From IMG/VR virus record IMGVR_UViG_3300017912_002502, positions 3,776 to 67,775 of that record: a stretch of DNA of 64,000 nucleotides; one strand, 5' to 3'. Below, piece by piece: positions 19,052 to 26,582 of the stretch. The notes under the pieces are model-generated. The model was given only the letters and a program-made list of their open reading frames with translations, made no database searches and was not told the DNA's origin. The first letter of the stretch is position 1. The number at the start of each line of letters is the position of its first letter. Source of the DNA: a virus. Its lineage: Duplodnaviria; Caudoviricetes. The position numbers were made by a program, and so were the translations under genes.

Positions 19052-19483
19052 ATGAAAGAAACAATAATGACTGCCCTAGTCGGAATTTTAGGGCTAATTG
19101 GGATTCTGGGTTTCGCTTATGGCGAGGCAGAATATAAAGGATATGGTGATGTGCATGGTTGCTGGGGTGAATGTTACGAAGAATATGTTCGTATAAATGG
19201 TACATTCACAGAGCAACTCGAAGCTAAAAGGATTGCAATGCAATCAGAAACACCTGCTGATAGAGGTGCAAAGGTATATATTAATTGCGCTGCATGTCAC
19301 GGAGTAAACGGTGAAGGTGGTATTGGTCCAGCTTTAATCGGAAGCACTTCAATCGTCAAGATGCTGACTCAGTATAAAAATGGCGAAACAAGAGGTGCAC
19401 AATCAGCACTTATGTGGGGACAAGCTGCAAGTCTCTCACAACAAGATATGGAAGATTTGCAGGCATATATATCTGGGTTGTAA
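19052..19483 (+). CDS. Membrane-anchored or exported c-type cytochrome
   Basis: N-terminal hydrophobic helix, heme motif CAACH, GIGPAL and distal Met (ALMW). Confidence 0.88.
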   Translation: MKETIMTALVGILGLIGILGFAYGEAEYKGYGDVHGCWGECYEEYVRINGTFTEQLEAKRIAMQSETPADRGAKVYINCAACHGVNGEGGIGPALIGSTSIVKMLTQYKNGETRGAQSALMWGQAASLSQQDMEDLQAYISGL

Positions 19484-19485
19484 AT

Positions 19486-19833
19486 ATGAAATATAATCCA
19501 GAAACAAATAGATACGAAGAAGATTTATCTCATGCCAGTAACTGTATAACACATCAAGAAATAGCTAGAGTGTTACATGCAGATGGTAGTGAATATAAAA
19601 TGGGTACACCTGTATATGGTACATACGAAGAAATAGAAGCATGGTGTGAAAAGAATGATATGTGGGTTGATAAATATCTAGACCACTTGAACCCATCTAC
19701 TATTTACAATGTAGGAGAATGGGTAGGCACAGGAATACGAAATCCTTTTTCTGTTAGTGTACCATATGATTACAGAGAAAACAGAGCAATGGGTACATTT
19801 AATACTCGTGGCGTAAATTTGGAGAAATGGTAA
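19486..19833 (+). CDS. Hypothetical protein
   Basis: ORF MKYNPE...; start adjusted to the ATG after the cytochrome c stop. Confidence 0.6.
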   Translation: MKYNPETNRYEEDLSHASNCITHQEIARVLHADGSEYKMGTPVYGTYEEIEAWCEKNDMWVDKYLDHLNPSTIYNVGEWVGTGIRNPFSVSVPYDYRENRAMGTFNTRGVNLEKW

Positions 19834-19834
19834 A

Positions 19835-20005
19835 ATGAAAGCATTACAATTTATTAAAGACAGATTAACCGAGAGAACATCTTGGGATGGTATAGTCTTA
19901 ATCATTGCAGGAATCGCATTCCTAGTCTTAAAACCTATCGCAAATCTTATGGCATTGTTTGCTATCGGATATGGCGCATGGACAATTTATAAGAAAGAAG
20001 ACTAA
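19835..20005 (+). CDS. 56-aa two-TM membrane protein, holin candidate (not in ORF track)
   Basis: MKALQFIKDRLTERTSWDGIVLII...WTIYKKED; TAATG coupling to the i-spanin. Confidence 0.55.
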   Translation: MKALQFIKDRLTERTSWDGIVLIIAGIAFLVLKPIANLMALFAIGYGAWTIYKKED

Positions 20006-20391
20006 TGATCAGAGTCTATGCATTTTTGGCTATCTTCGGAGTTGTCGGTGCAATCCTATTTGGTGCGTACTGGGAATATAAAGATATGCAAAACAGAATT
20101 GACACATTGAGAGAAAACAATGCGAAGTTAGAACAAGTTTCTAAAGCAAACGCTGAAGCACTCTCAAAGGCAACTGCCTTCGCTGCCGAAATGGAACAGC
20201 AAAACTTACAATTAACAGAAAGTCTACAGGAAGCAGAGAAATATAAAGACGAGTTGTTGAATAAATTTCAACGACACGATCTATCATTATTGTCTTTGAA
20301 AAAACCTGGATTAATAGAACGGAGAGTAAACAATGCAACTAAGAAAGTATTCGATGATATCGAGCGTCTTACTGCTATCGATTCTGATTAG
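20005..20391 (+). CDS. Inner-membrane spanin (Rz-like)
   Basis: N-terminal TM, long coiled coil and KPGLIERRVN motif. Confidence 0.75.
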   Translation: MIRVYAFLAIFGVVGAILFGAYWEYKDMQNRIDTLRENNAKLEQVSKANAEALSKATAFAAEMEQQNLQLTESLQEAEKYKDELLNKFQRHDLSLLSLKKPGLIERRVNNATKKVFDDIERLTAIDSD

Positions 20392-20755
20392 TGGTTGTGC
20401 TTTACTGAGATCCCCTGAAGATCGTGTAGTGGTACAAAGTGAATTTATCGAAAAGAAGATCCCACTACAAGCTAATCCAAAACCTGTAACTCTTGGTGAT
20501 GCAAAATATTATGTAGTTACTGAAGAAAACTGGGATGAGTTTATTGAAACCTACAAAAAAGAGAACGGAGAGCCATGGGTGTTCTATGCGATGTCTGTTC
20601 GTGGGTATGAAACAATGGCTCTAAATGTTGCTGAAGTCGCAAGATATTTACAGCAACAAAAACAAATAATCATTTACTATGAGAACGCTATCACTGGAGA
20701 CAATAAGGTCGCACCAGTGTTCGGTGAAGAGGAAAAAAAAGAGGAGAAAAAATAA
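20333..20755 (+). CDS. Outer-membrane lipoprotein spanin (Rz1-like)
   Basis: Lipobox LISG-C; overlaps the 3' end of the i-spanin. Confidence 0.75.
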   Translation: MQLRKYSMISSVLLLSILISGCALLRSPEDRVVVQSEFIEKKIPLQANPKPVTLGDAKYYVVTEENWDEFIETYKKENGEPWVFYAMSVRGYETMALNVAEVARYLQQQKQIIIYYENAITGDNKVAPVFGEEEKKEEKK

Positions 20756-21349
20756 ATGGTAGATATGATTATCACACAAGCACTTAATTTTTGGCAGTTT
20801 ACTGTTGTCGGTATTCTGATCATAATTGGGTTCGTAGTAAATATGTTTGGCGTAGACCAAGAAGAACCACTGGTAAATCTCTCATATAAAGAGATGCCAG
20901 ATATGAAACCTATCACTATTCCAACTGCTGGAAAAGGATTTTGGGGAGCAATCTGGATGTGGATTACTGGCGTCAGAACTTGGGAAATTTCTAAAGATTG
21001 GCACTTCTCAGTCAATGGCGAAAACTATGTCATTCCTAAAGGTTTTGTATTTGATGGTGCATCTGTACCGAAGTTTCTAGCATCATGGCTCTCACCAGTA
21101 GGTGTATTGCTTGTTGGTGGATTGGTACACGATTATGCTTACAAATACACTGTACTCTTGAAAAAGGGTAAGAAGTCTACTTCTGCTCCAATGACTCAAA
21201 ACGAGGCTGATCAATTGTTCCGTGATATCAATATTGAACAAAACGGATTTCATCTATTGAACAATCTTGCATATTGGGCGTTGGTACTTGCTGGATTTAT
21301 GGCATGGAACAAGCACAGAAAAGCTAACTGCCAAGCTATCGAAAAGTAG
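20756..21349 (+). CDS. DUF1353-like protein with N-terminal TM
   Basis: IPKGFVFDGASVP ... VHDYAY ... ADQLF. Confidence 0.7.
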   Translation: MVDMIITQALNFWQFTVVGILIIIGFVVNMFGVDQEEPLVNLSYKEMPDMKPITIPTAGKGFWGAIWMWITGVRTWEISKDWHFSVNGENYVIPKGFVFDGASVPKFLASWLSPVGVLLVGGLVHDYAYKYTVLLKKGKKSTSAPMTQNEADQLFRDINIEQNGFHLLNNLAYWALVLAGFMAWNKHRKANCQAIEK

Positions 21350-21355
21350 TTTCGC

Positions 21356-21363
21356 TATAAATA
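21356..21363 (+). promoter_or_regulatory. T4 late promoter
   Basis: TATAAATA followed by AGGAG SD and ATG 21382. Confidence 0.7.
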
Positions 21364-21381
21364 TCTCCAGAGGAGATTAAC

Positions 21382-21690
21382 ATGAGTGAAACATCACACC
21401 ATCCAGCCGATACTAATGGCGATGGCAAAGTAAGTAAAGAAGAAGAACAAATGTTCCTTGAGTTTAAGCGTAAGCAACTCGAGGATGAAGATGCAATGAG
21501 AGATGCCCAGCGTAAGATGGCATGGTACTCTCTCGCAGGAATGCTTTTATATCCTGCAGCTGTGGTTGCAGCCAATCTGATCGGTCTTGATCAGGCTGCA
21601 AAGATCCTCGGTGACATGGCATCGGTATATTTTGTTTCTGTTGCTGCAATCGTTGCAGCTTTCTTTGGTTCACAAGCCATAAAAAAGTAG
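21382..21690 (+). CDS. EF-hand-like loop plus two-TM membrane protein
   Basis: DTNGDGKVSKEE loop and two C-terminal hydrophobic helices. Confidence 0.6.
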   Translation: MSETSHHPADTNGDGKVSKEEEQMFLEFKRKQLEDEDAMRDAQRKMAWYSLAGMLLYPAAVVAANLIGLDQAAKILGDMASVYFVSVAAIVAAFFGSQAIKK

Positions 21691-21710
21691 CAAATTAGAC
21701 AAAAAAACGC

Positions 21711-21739
21711 TTGACATTTTACGCATTATGAGGCATAAT
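21711..21739 (+). promoter_or_regulatory. sigma70-like early promoter
   Basis: A-tract, then TTGACA-17-CATAAT (TGAGGCATAAT). Confidence 0.75.
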
Positions 21740-21770
21740 GTGTATATAACTTGTTAAGAGAGGATTTGTT

Positions 21771-21986
21771 ATGTTAGATTATGAAGCTATTTTTAATACT
21801 GATTTTGTAATGAAAGCTATGGATTTAGAAACCATGGAACTTGTGGATAAGGTTGTTAAAGTAACAAACATCCTCGATGGTCCAGGAATGGACAAGCGTG
21901 ATTATTGTACGGTTAAAGGTCTACAAGACTGGGAAATCGACATGCCCTTCGAAGATTTCTTAAAGAATGCGAAGGTGGCTGCATAA
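21771..21986 (+). CDS. Hypothetical early protein
   Basis: GAGAGG SD, downstream of the early promoter. Confidence 0.6.
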   Translation: MLDYEAIFNTDFVMKAMDLETMELVDKVVKVTNILDGPGMDKRDYCTVKGLQDWEIDMPFEDFLKNAKVAA

Positions 21987-22249
21987 TGGATGCACTACTT
22001 GACCACATAGACCGCCTTAACGAAGGTCGCGTCTTCAAAATACCATCAACTGCTTCTTATTGGCGACACAAAGGTGTCGAAACTATTGATCAGTTTGCTC
22101 GGCATAATCTTGAAAAAGAGTTTGCTGAGGCATGGTTAGGATGCTACGGTGTCCAACATAACGGTTCTGTAAAACATTTCACCAGTCCTGAACTGGTCGT
22201 AATGATTGATGAACTTAATGAGCAACGCCTATTTGACGAGGAATTGTAA
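21986..22249 (+). CDS. Hypothetical early protein
   Basis: TAATG coupling to the upstream ORF. Confidence 0.6.
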   Translation: MDALLDHIDRLNEGRVFKIPSTASYWRHKGVETIDQFARHNLEKEFAEAWLGCYGVQHNGSVKHFTSPELVVMIDELNEQRLFDEEL

Positions 22250-22250
22250 T

Positions 22251-22424
22251 ATGGCTCAAGAAGGTCTTGATGAGATCTTTATGGTTAAGCTGACACGTGA
22301 TGTGTCAAATTTTCCATCCGATGGAGATATTGATTATCTCCGCAATAAATACAGCATTGAACGTGGCAAAGTAATTGCTGTCTTCAATACTGACGGAGAG
22401 TGGGTAAGCACCCACAACGCTTAG
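22251..22424 (+). CDS. Hypothetical early protein
   Basis: GAGG SD before ATG 22251. Confidence 0.5.
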   Translation: MAQEGLDEIFMVKLTRDVSNFPSDGDIDYLRNKYSIERGKVIAVFNTDGEWVSTHNA

Positions 22425-22431
22425 ATTTTAT

Positions 22432-22508
22432 GCATCTGTGGCGCAACTGGATAGCGCATCAGACTTCTAATCTGAGGGTTGTAGGTTCGAGTCCTACCAG
22501 ATGCGCCA
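22432..22508 (+). tRNA. tRNA-Arg(UCU)
   Basis: Acceptor GCATCTG/CAGATGC, anticodon stem TCAGA/TCTGA with TCT at 22466-22468, GTTCGAG T-loop, encoded CCA. Confidence 0.95.
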
Positions 22509-22528
22509 ATAACTGAGATATATATTGT

Positions 22529-22855
22529 ATGCCGATTTATGACTTTCTAAATACCAAAACTGATCAGTACGAGGAACATCTCGTATCAATAAGCGAATAC
22601 GATCAGTTTGCGAAAGATAATCCGCATTTACAACGAGCATATCTCAAAGCACCGAACCTAAATAAAGGTGGTGTCGGTGATAGAACAAAAGCACCAGATG
22701 GTTTCAAAGAGGTTCTCTCTAAGATATCTGATGCTAATCCGAATTCTAACCTTGCCTCTGATTATGGTAAAAAAGACCACAAATCAGTAGCAGTAAGAAA
22801 CGCTGTTCAAAAGGTTACAAAAAAACTTGGGGATAAAATCACCAAGTCAGAATGA
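22529..22855 (+). CDS. Conserved T4-like protein with an FmdB-like N-terminus
   Basis: MPIYDFLNTKT...; GFKEVLSKI motif. Confidence 0.55.
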   Translation: MPIYDFLNTKTDQYEEHLVSISEYDQFAKDNPHLQRAYLKAPNLNKGGVGDRTKAPDGFKEVLSKISDANPNSNLASDYGKKDHKSVAVRNAVQKVTKKLGDKITKSE

Positions 22856-22868
22856 TTGGGTTAGACGC

Positions 22869-22904
22869 CATAAATAGTCTCGCGTGGATCAACGGTAAGT
22901 CCAC
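22869..22904 (+). promoter_or_regulatory. Late promoter variant followed by a leader hairpin
   Basis: CATAAATA, then GTGGAT/GTCCAC stem, upstream of ORF 22928. Confidence 0.45.
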
Positions 22905-22927
22905 ATTAATTTGTTATGGAGTAAAAT

Positions 22928-23146
22928 ATGCAAATAAGAGCGAAATCAAGTCCTCTAGTAAAAGCACTCGCTAAAAAACTAGAAGGTGATATTGCTGTTG
23001 CTCAAGCGAACATTGACGTTTACTTAGAGCAATCAGTTGGTATCGGTGAACATCCCGATGTCGTACAAGCCATAGAAACTCAAATCGAGGTCTTGGCTGC
23101 TGCAGATGAAAAGCTGCAAATCCTGAAGAAATATTATGGAGTTTAA
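22928..23146 (+). CDS. Conserved hypothetical protein
   Basis: GGAG SD; VYLEQSVGIGEHPD motif. Confidence 0.6.
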   Translation: MQIRAKSSPLVKALAKKLEGDIAVAQANIDVYLEQSVGIGEHPDVVQAIETQIEVLAAADEKLQILKKYYGV

Positions 23147-23175
23147 GGAATCATGGACGATCCTACTGAATAAGT

Positions 23176-23250
23176 GCTGGCATGGCTCAACGGTAGAGCA
23201 ACTGATTTGTAATCAGTAGGTTGGGAGTTCGATTCTCTCTGCCAGCACCA
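23176..23250 (+). tRNA. tRNA-Thr(UGU)
   Basis: Anticodon arm ACTGA-TTTGTAA-TCAGT, GTTCGATT T-loop, 3' TGCCAGCACCA. Confidence 0.9.
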
Positions 23251-23271
23251 CTTTATTAAAACGGAGATATA

Positions 23272-23499
23272 ATGCCTGTAAAATATAAAAAAGATGAGAT
23301 CCTAGTAAAAAGAAATGCTGACGGATCTCAAACAAAAACGATAAAAAGATATTATATGCAGAATGAAACAACTGAGTTTCTAATTGATCTTCTCAATGGA
23401 GAAAAAACGAGACCAAAACTGAAGCATAAAATTAGAAACTTTTTATCTCATGCTAGAGGCATCAAGCTAGTACGAAAAGATAAAGATGGCGTTTCATAG
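23272..23499 (+). CDS. Hypothetical basic protein
   Basis: GGAG SD; 75-aa ORF. Confidence 0.6.
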   Translation: MPVKYKKDEILVKRNADGSQTKTIKRYYMQNETTEFLIDLLNGEKTRPKLKHKIRNFLSHARGIKLVRKDKDGVS

Positions 23500-23641
23500 T
23501 AAGGATCCTGATCAGTGCAAATGGATATTAGAAACATTTGGCACAAAAGAGAAGGAAGAACTTTATAAAGATAACCGAACCATGCAGGAATGGTTACAAT
23601 ACTGTCGCGATATACTCGCTGCAAGGAGATTGGATTACTAA
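23486..23641 (+). CDS. 51-aa hypothetical protein (not in ORF track)
   Basis: MAFHSKDPDQCKWILETFG...RRLDY; TAATG coupling to the next ORF. Confidence 0.5.
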   Translation: MAFHSKDPDQCKWILETFGTKEKEELYKDNRTMQEWLQYCRDILAARRLDY

Positions 23642-23805
23642 TGATGACACCACAAGAAAGAATGCATAGATACGATCATCTGATCAAAAATGCGATGGCA
23701 GCACATGACCGAGCAAAATCGGAATGGGCTAAAAAATATTGGTTGGGAGTTGCAAAACAACTCGCTGAAAACTTCAAACGTAAAGAACCACAAATGGTTC
23801 ATTGA
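23641..23805 (+). CDS. Hypothetical protein
   Basis: Start adjusted to the coupled ATG at 23641. Confidence 0.5.
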   Translation: MMTPQERMHRYDHLIKNAMAAHDRAKSEWAKKYWLGVAKQLAENFKRKEPQMVH

Positions 23806-23806
23806 T

Positions 23807-23814
23807 TATAAATA
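23807..23814 (+). promoter_or_regulatory. T4 late promoter
   Basis: TATAAATA heading the late block. Confidence 0.72.
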
Positions 23815-23824
23815 GGGAATAACA

Positions 23825-24088
23825 ATGGCAGAACTTGAAGGACAAGTTAATGTAGTTTATGAAGAGATGTTGTCTGAACTGATAACAAATCTTTATAAGG
23901 ATCGATTAAAAGCACTCGCACAAGGAAAGGTTATAGCGACCAAGTACAATGAAGTGTTACAATTGAACACAAAACTTAACGAACAGTTAATTCTTGCCCA
24001 GACCGAGTTGAGCCATAAAATAAAAGAACTTGAGAAGTTAAAGAAGAGACAACCAAAAAATGCAAAGTCTAAGGACATTTCTAAATGA
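23825..24088 (+). CDS. Coiled-coil hypothetical protein
   Basis: Heptad-rich 87-aa ORF. Confidence 0.55.
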   Translation: MAELEGQVNVVYEEMLSELITNLYKDRLKALAQGKVIATKYNEVLQLNTKLNEQLILAQTELSHKIKELEKLKKRQPKNAKSKDISK

Positions 24089-25304
24089 GGATGCTGACGG
24101 TAAAAATCTGCATCTAGAACATATTGAGGATGAGATCCTCAATTTCGGTATTGGTGGTGCACGTGGATCCATCAATTTTTTAAGATCCCTTAGAGATATG
24201 TTGGCTGGTAACTCTCGCTCGTCAATCAATATGACGGTAAAGTGGGATGGTGCACCAGCCATTTTTGCAGGCATCGACCCATCTGACAACAAGTTCTTTG
24301 TTGCCAAGAAATCGGTGTTTAACAAAACACCTTTACTTTACAAATCACAATCTGATATCAATAATGATACCAGACTCCCCCAATCATTAAAACCAAAATT
24401 TAGTATTGCTCTGCGTGAGTTTTCAAAGCTGGGCATTACAAACGTCCTCCAAGGTGATTTGATGTTCACATCATCTGACCTAGAGTCTGATATGATTGAC
24501 GGTCAAAGGCACACGACTTTCCAACCTAATACAATCGTCTACGCAGTTCCACAAGGAACGCCACTGGACGCCACCATTAAACAAGCAAAGATCGGTGTGG
24601 TTTGGCATACAACATATTCTGGAAAATCTCTTCCTGAAATGAGAGCATCGTTTGGTGCAAACATTAGCAATCTTCGTAAGAATCGTAACGTCTGGATGGA
24701 TGATGCGACATATAAAGATGTATCAGGAAAAGCTACTTTCACTCAAACGGAAACTGCTGCAGTGACAACTGTATTATCAGGAGTCGGCAGAACATTCAGA
24801 ACAATAAATTCATATAAGTTAAATGCATTTCTAAACTTTCAAGCTGGGTTTACTGGCAAGATGGTTGGTGCAAGTGTGAAGACTTATATCAATTCGCTTG
24901 TGAGGAGTCAAACACAACTCAAAGCATCACATGCATCTGGATATAAAAAGTGGGTTTCTGACAAATACGATACAGAGATTGCAAAACTCAAGACTGAAAA
25001 GTCTCAGAACGCACTCACCGAAAAGAAAAAGAGCGCAATACAATTGTGTGATGATTTCAAAGATTTACTCGGAAACGTATTTGAGTTTATGGCAGGTATT
25101 GCCAAAGCAAAAGCATTGATTGTAAAGAAATTAAACACTGTCAAAAGTATTGGCACATTTATTAGAACAAGTAACGGTTTCAAAGCAACTACACCTGAAG
25201 GATATGTTGCTATCGATCGTGTGGGTGGCAACGCTGTCAAACTCGTAGATCGTATGGAATTCAGTTTCAATAACTTCACAGCAATTAAGGCATGGGATAG
25301 ATGA
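24060..25304 (+). CDS. Conserved T4-like protein with a ligase-type nucleotidyltransferase fold (DUF6267-like)
   Basis: VKWDGAP (KxDG motif I), QGDLMF, EGYV and VKLVDR; CTS-like N-terminus MQSLRTFLNE. Confidence 0.6.
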   Translation: MQSLRTFLNEDADGKNLHLEHIEDEILNFGIGGARGSINFLRSLRDMLAGNSRSSINMTVKWDGAPAIFAGIDPSDNKFFVAKKSVFNKTPLLYKSQSDINNDTRLPQSLKPKFSIALREFSKLGITNVLQGDLMFTSSDLESDMIDGQRHTTFQPNTIVYAVPQGTPLDATIKQAKIGVVWHTTYSGKSLPEMRASFGANISNLRKNRNVWMDDATYKDVSGKATFTQTETAAVTTVLSGVGRTFRTINSYKLNAFLNFQAGFTGKMVGASVKTYINSLVRSQTQLKASHASGYKKWVSDKYDTEIAKLKTEKSQNALTEKKKSAIQLCDDFKDLLGNVFEFMAGIAKAKALIVKKLNTVKSIGTFIRTSNGFKATTPEGYVAIDRVGGNAVKLVDRMEFSFNNFTAIKAWDR

Positions 25305-25894
25305 GCAAGACATTAGTATTCGCATTTGGTAGGATGAATCCACCAACCGTTGGTCACGGTAAACTGATCACAAAAGTAAAACGTCTTGCTAATACAAGTC
25401 GTGCAGACCATTTAATTATAGCCAGTCATTCAGAGGACAAGAACAAAAACCCACTTCCACCAAGAGATAAATTAACACACCTTAAAGGTATGTTCCCCAA
25501 TACAAAGTTTAAATTATCAGATCGTACAAATCCTAATTTTATTTCTCAGTTGAAACTATTAACAGGTAAATATGACCACATTATTATGGTCGCTGGATCT
25601 GATAGAGTACCAGATTTTCAAAGGTTGTTAGACAAATACAACGGAAAAGATTTCACATTTAAATCAGTAAAAGCAGTATCTGCAGGTGAGAGAGATCCAG
25701 ATGCAGATGGTGTTACTGGTATGAGTGCGAGTAAAATGAGATTGGCAGCAAAAAATAACAAATTTGATGAATTCAGTCGCGGTCTGCCAACCACCTATTC
25801 GGCTACGAATAAGAAAAAATTATTCAAACAAGTCCGTAAAGGTATGCAACTGAAGGAAACATATATATCATTTTCACAATATTTAAGGGATTAA
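25301..25894 (+). CDS. Cytidyltransferase-like (HIGH family) nucleotidyltransferase
   Basis: FGRMNPPTVGH, VAGSDR and MSASKMR. Confidence 0.82.
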   Translation: MSKTLVFAFGRMNPPTVGHGKLITKVKRLANTSRADHLIIASHSEDKNKNPLPPRDKLTHLKGMFPNTKFKLSDRTNPNFISQLKLLTGKYDHIIMVAGSDRVPDFQRLLDKYNGKDFTFKSVKAVSAGERDPDADGVTGMSASKMRLAAKNNKFDEFSRGLPTTYSATNKKKLFKQVRKGMQLKETYISFSQYLRD

Positions 25895-25896
25895 TT

Positions 25897-26394
25897 ATGA
25901 AATTATCAAAAAACTTTACACTCAAGGAGTTTACAAGGTCACAGACTGCTACTCGCTTGGGTCTTGACAACACTCCTAATGAAGAGCATCTTGAAAATGC
26001 AAAAGCATTATTTGAGAATGTTGTGCAAAAAATTAGAGACGAACACGGTGTAACCAGAATTAACTCTGGATATCGTGGTCCAGAATTAAATAAAGCAGTC
26101 GGTGGTTCACCAAACTCTCAACACTGTCACGGAGAAGCTGCAGATCTAGAATGTGATGGCATTGACAACCTAGAGTTAGCAAAGTGGATTCGTGATAACT
26201 TAAAGTTTGATCAGTTGATTTTAGAATTCTACACTCCTGGAGACCCATCATCAGGATGGATACACATTACGTGGAAGCGTGATATATCCCAAAACCGCAA
26301 TAAAACTCTTACTGCATCTAGAGTAGATGGCAAAACACAATACAGTCTTGGATTGCCAGATGATAGTGGTTCCACTGGTCCATATGATTTCTAA
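25897..26394 (+). CDS. Peptidase M15A-family Zn peptidoglycan hydrolase (endolysin candidate)
   Basis: SGYR, SQHCHGEAAD and WIHI motifs. Confidence 0.85.
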   Translation: MKLSKNFTLKEFTRSQTATRLGLDNTPNEEHLENAKALFENVVQKIRDEHGVTRINSGYRGPELNKAVGGSPNSQHCHGEAADLECDGIDNLELAKWIRDNLKFDQLILEFYTPGDPSSGWIHITWKRDISQNRNKTLTASRVDGKTQYSLGLPDDSGSTGPYDF

Positions 26395-26405
26395 GGAACA
26401 GATTC

Positions 26406-26582
26406 ATGGATCGGATTACTCGTAGATTATTCAATAGATTAAATAGATTACATAAAAGACAGACTCCTCTAACCTCTGAAGAACGTCAAAATCTTATAAA
26501 TAGTGAAGGATTATACAAATTAATTACCAACCATAATAAAAGAGTGGATGGTATTGTAAATGAACTTATTGCGAGGAAATAG
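26406..26582 (+). CDS. 58-aa basic hypothetical protein (not in ORF track)
   Basis: MDRITRRLFNRLNRLHK...LIARK; its stop overlaps the next GTG. Confidence 0.45.
   Translation: MDRITRRLFNRLNRLHKRQTPLTSEERQNLINSEGLYKLITNHNKRVDGIVNELIARK
26495..26502 (+). promoter_or_regulatory. T4 late promoter
   Basis: TATAAATA about 80 nt upstream of the 859-aa gene. Confidence 0.6.
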
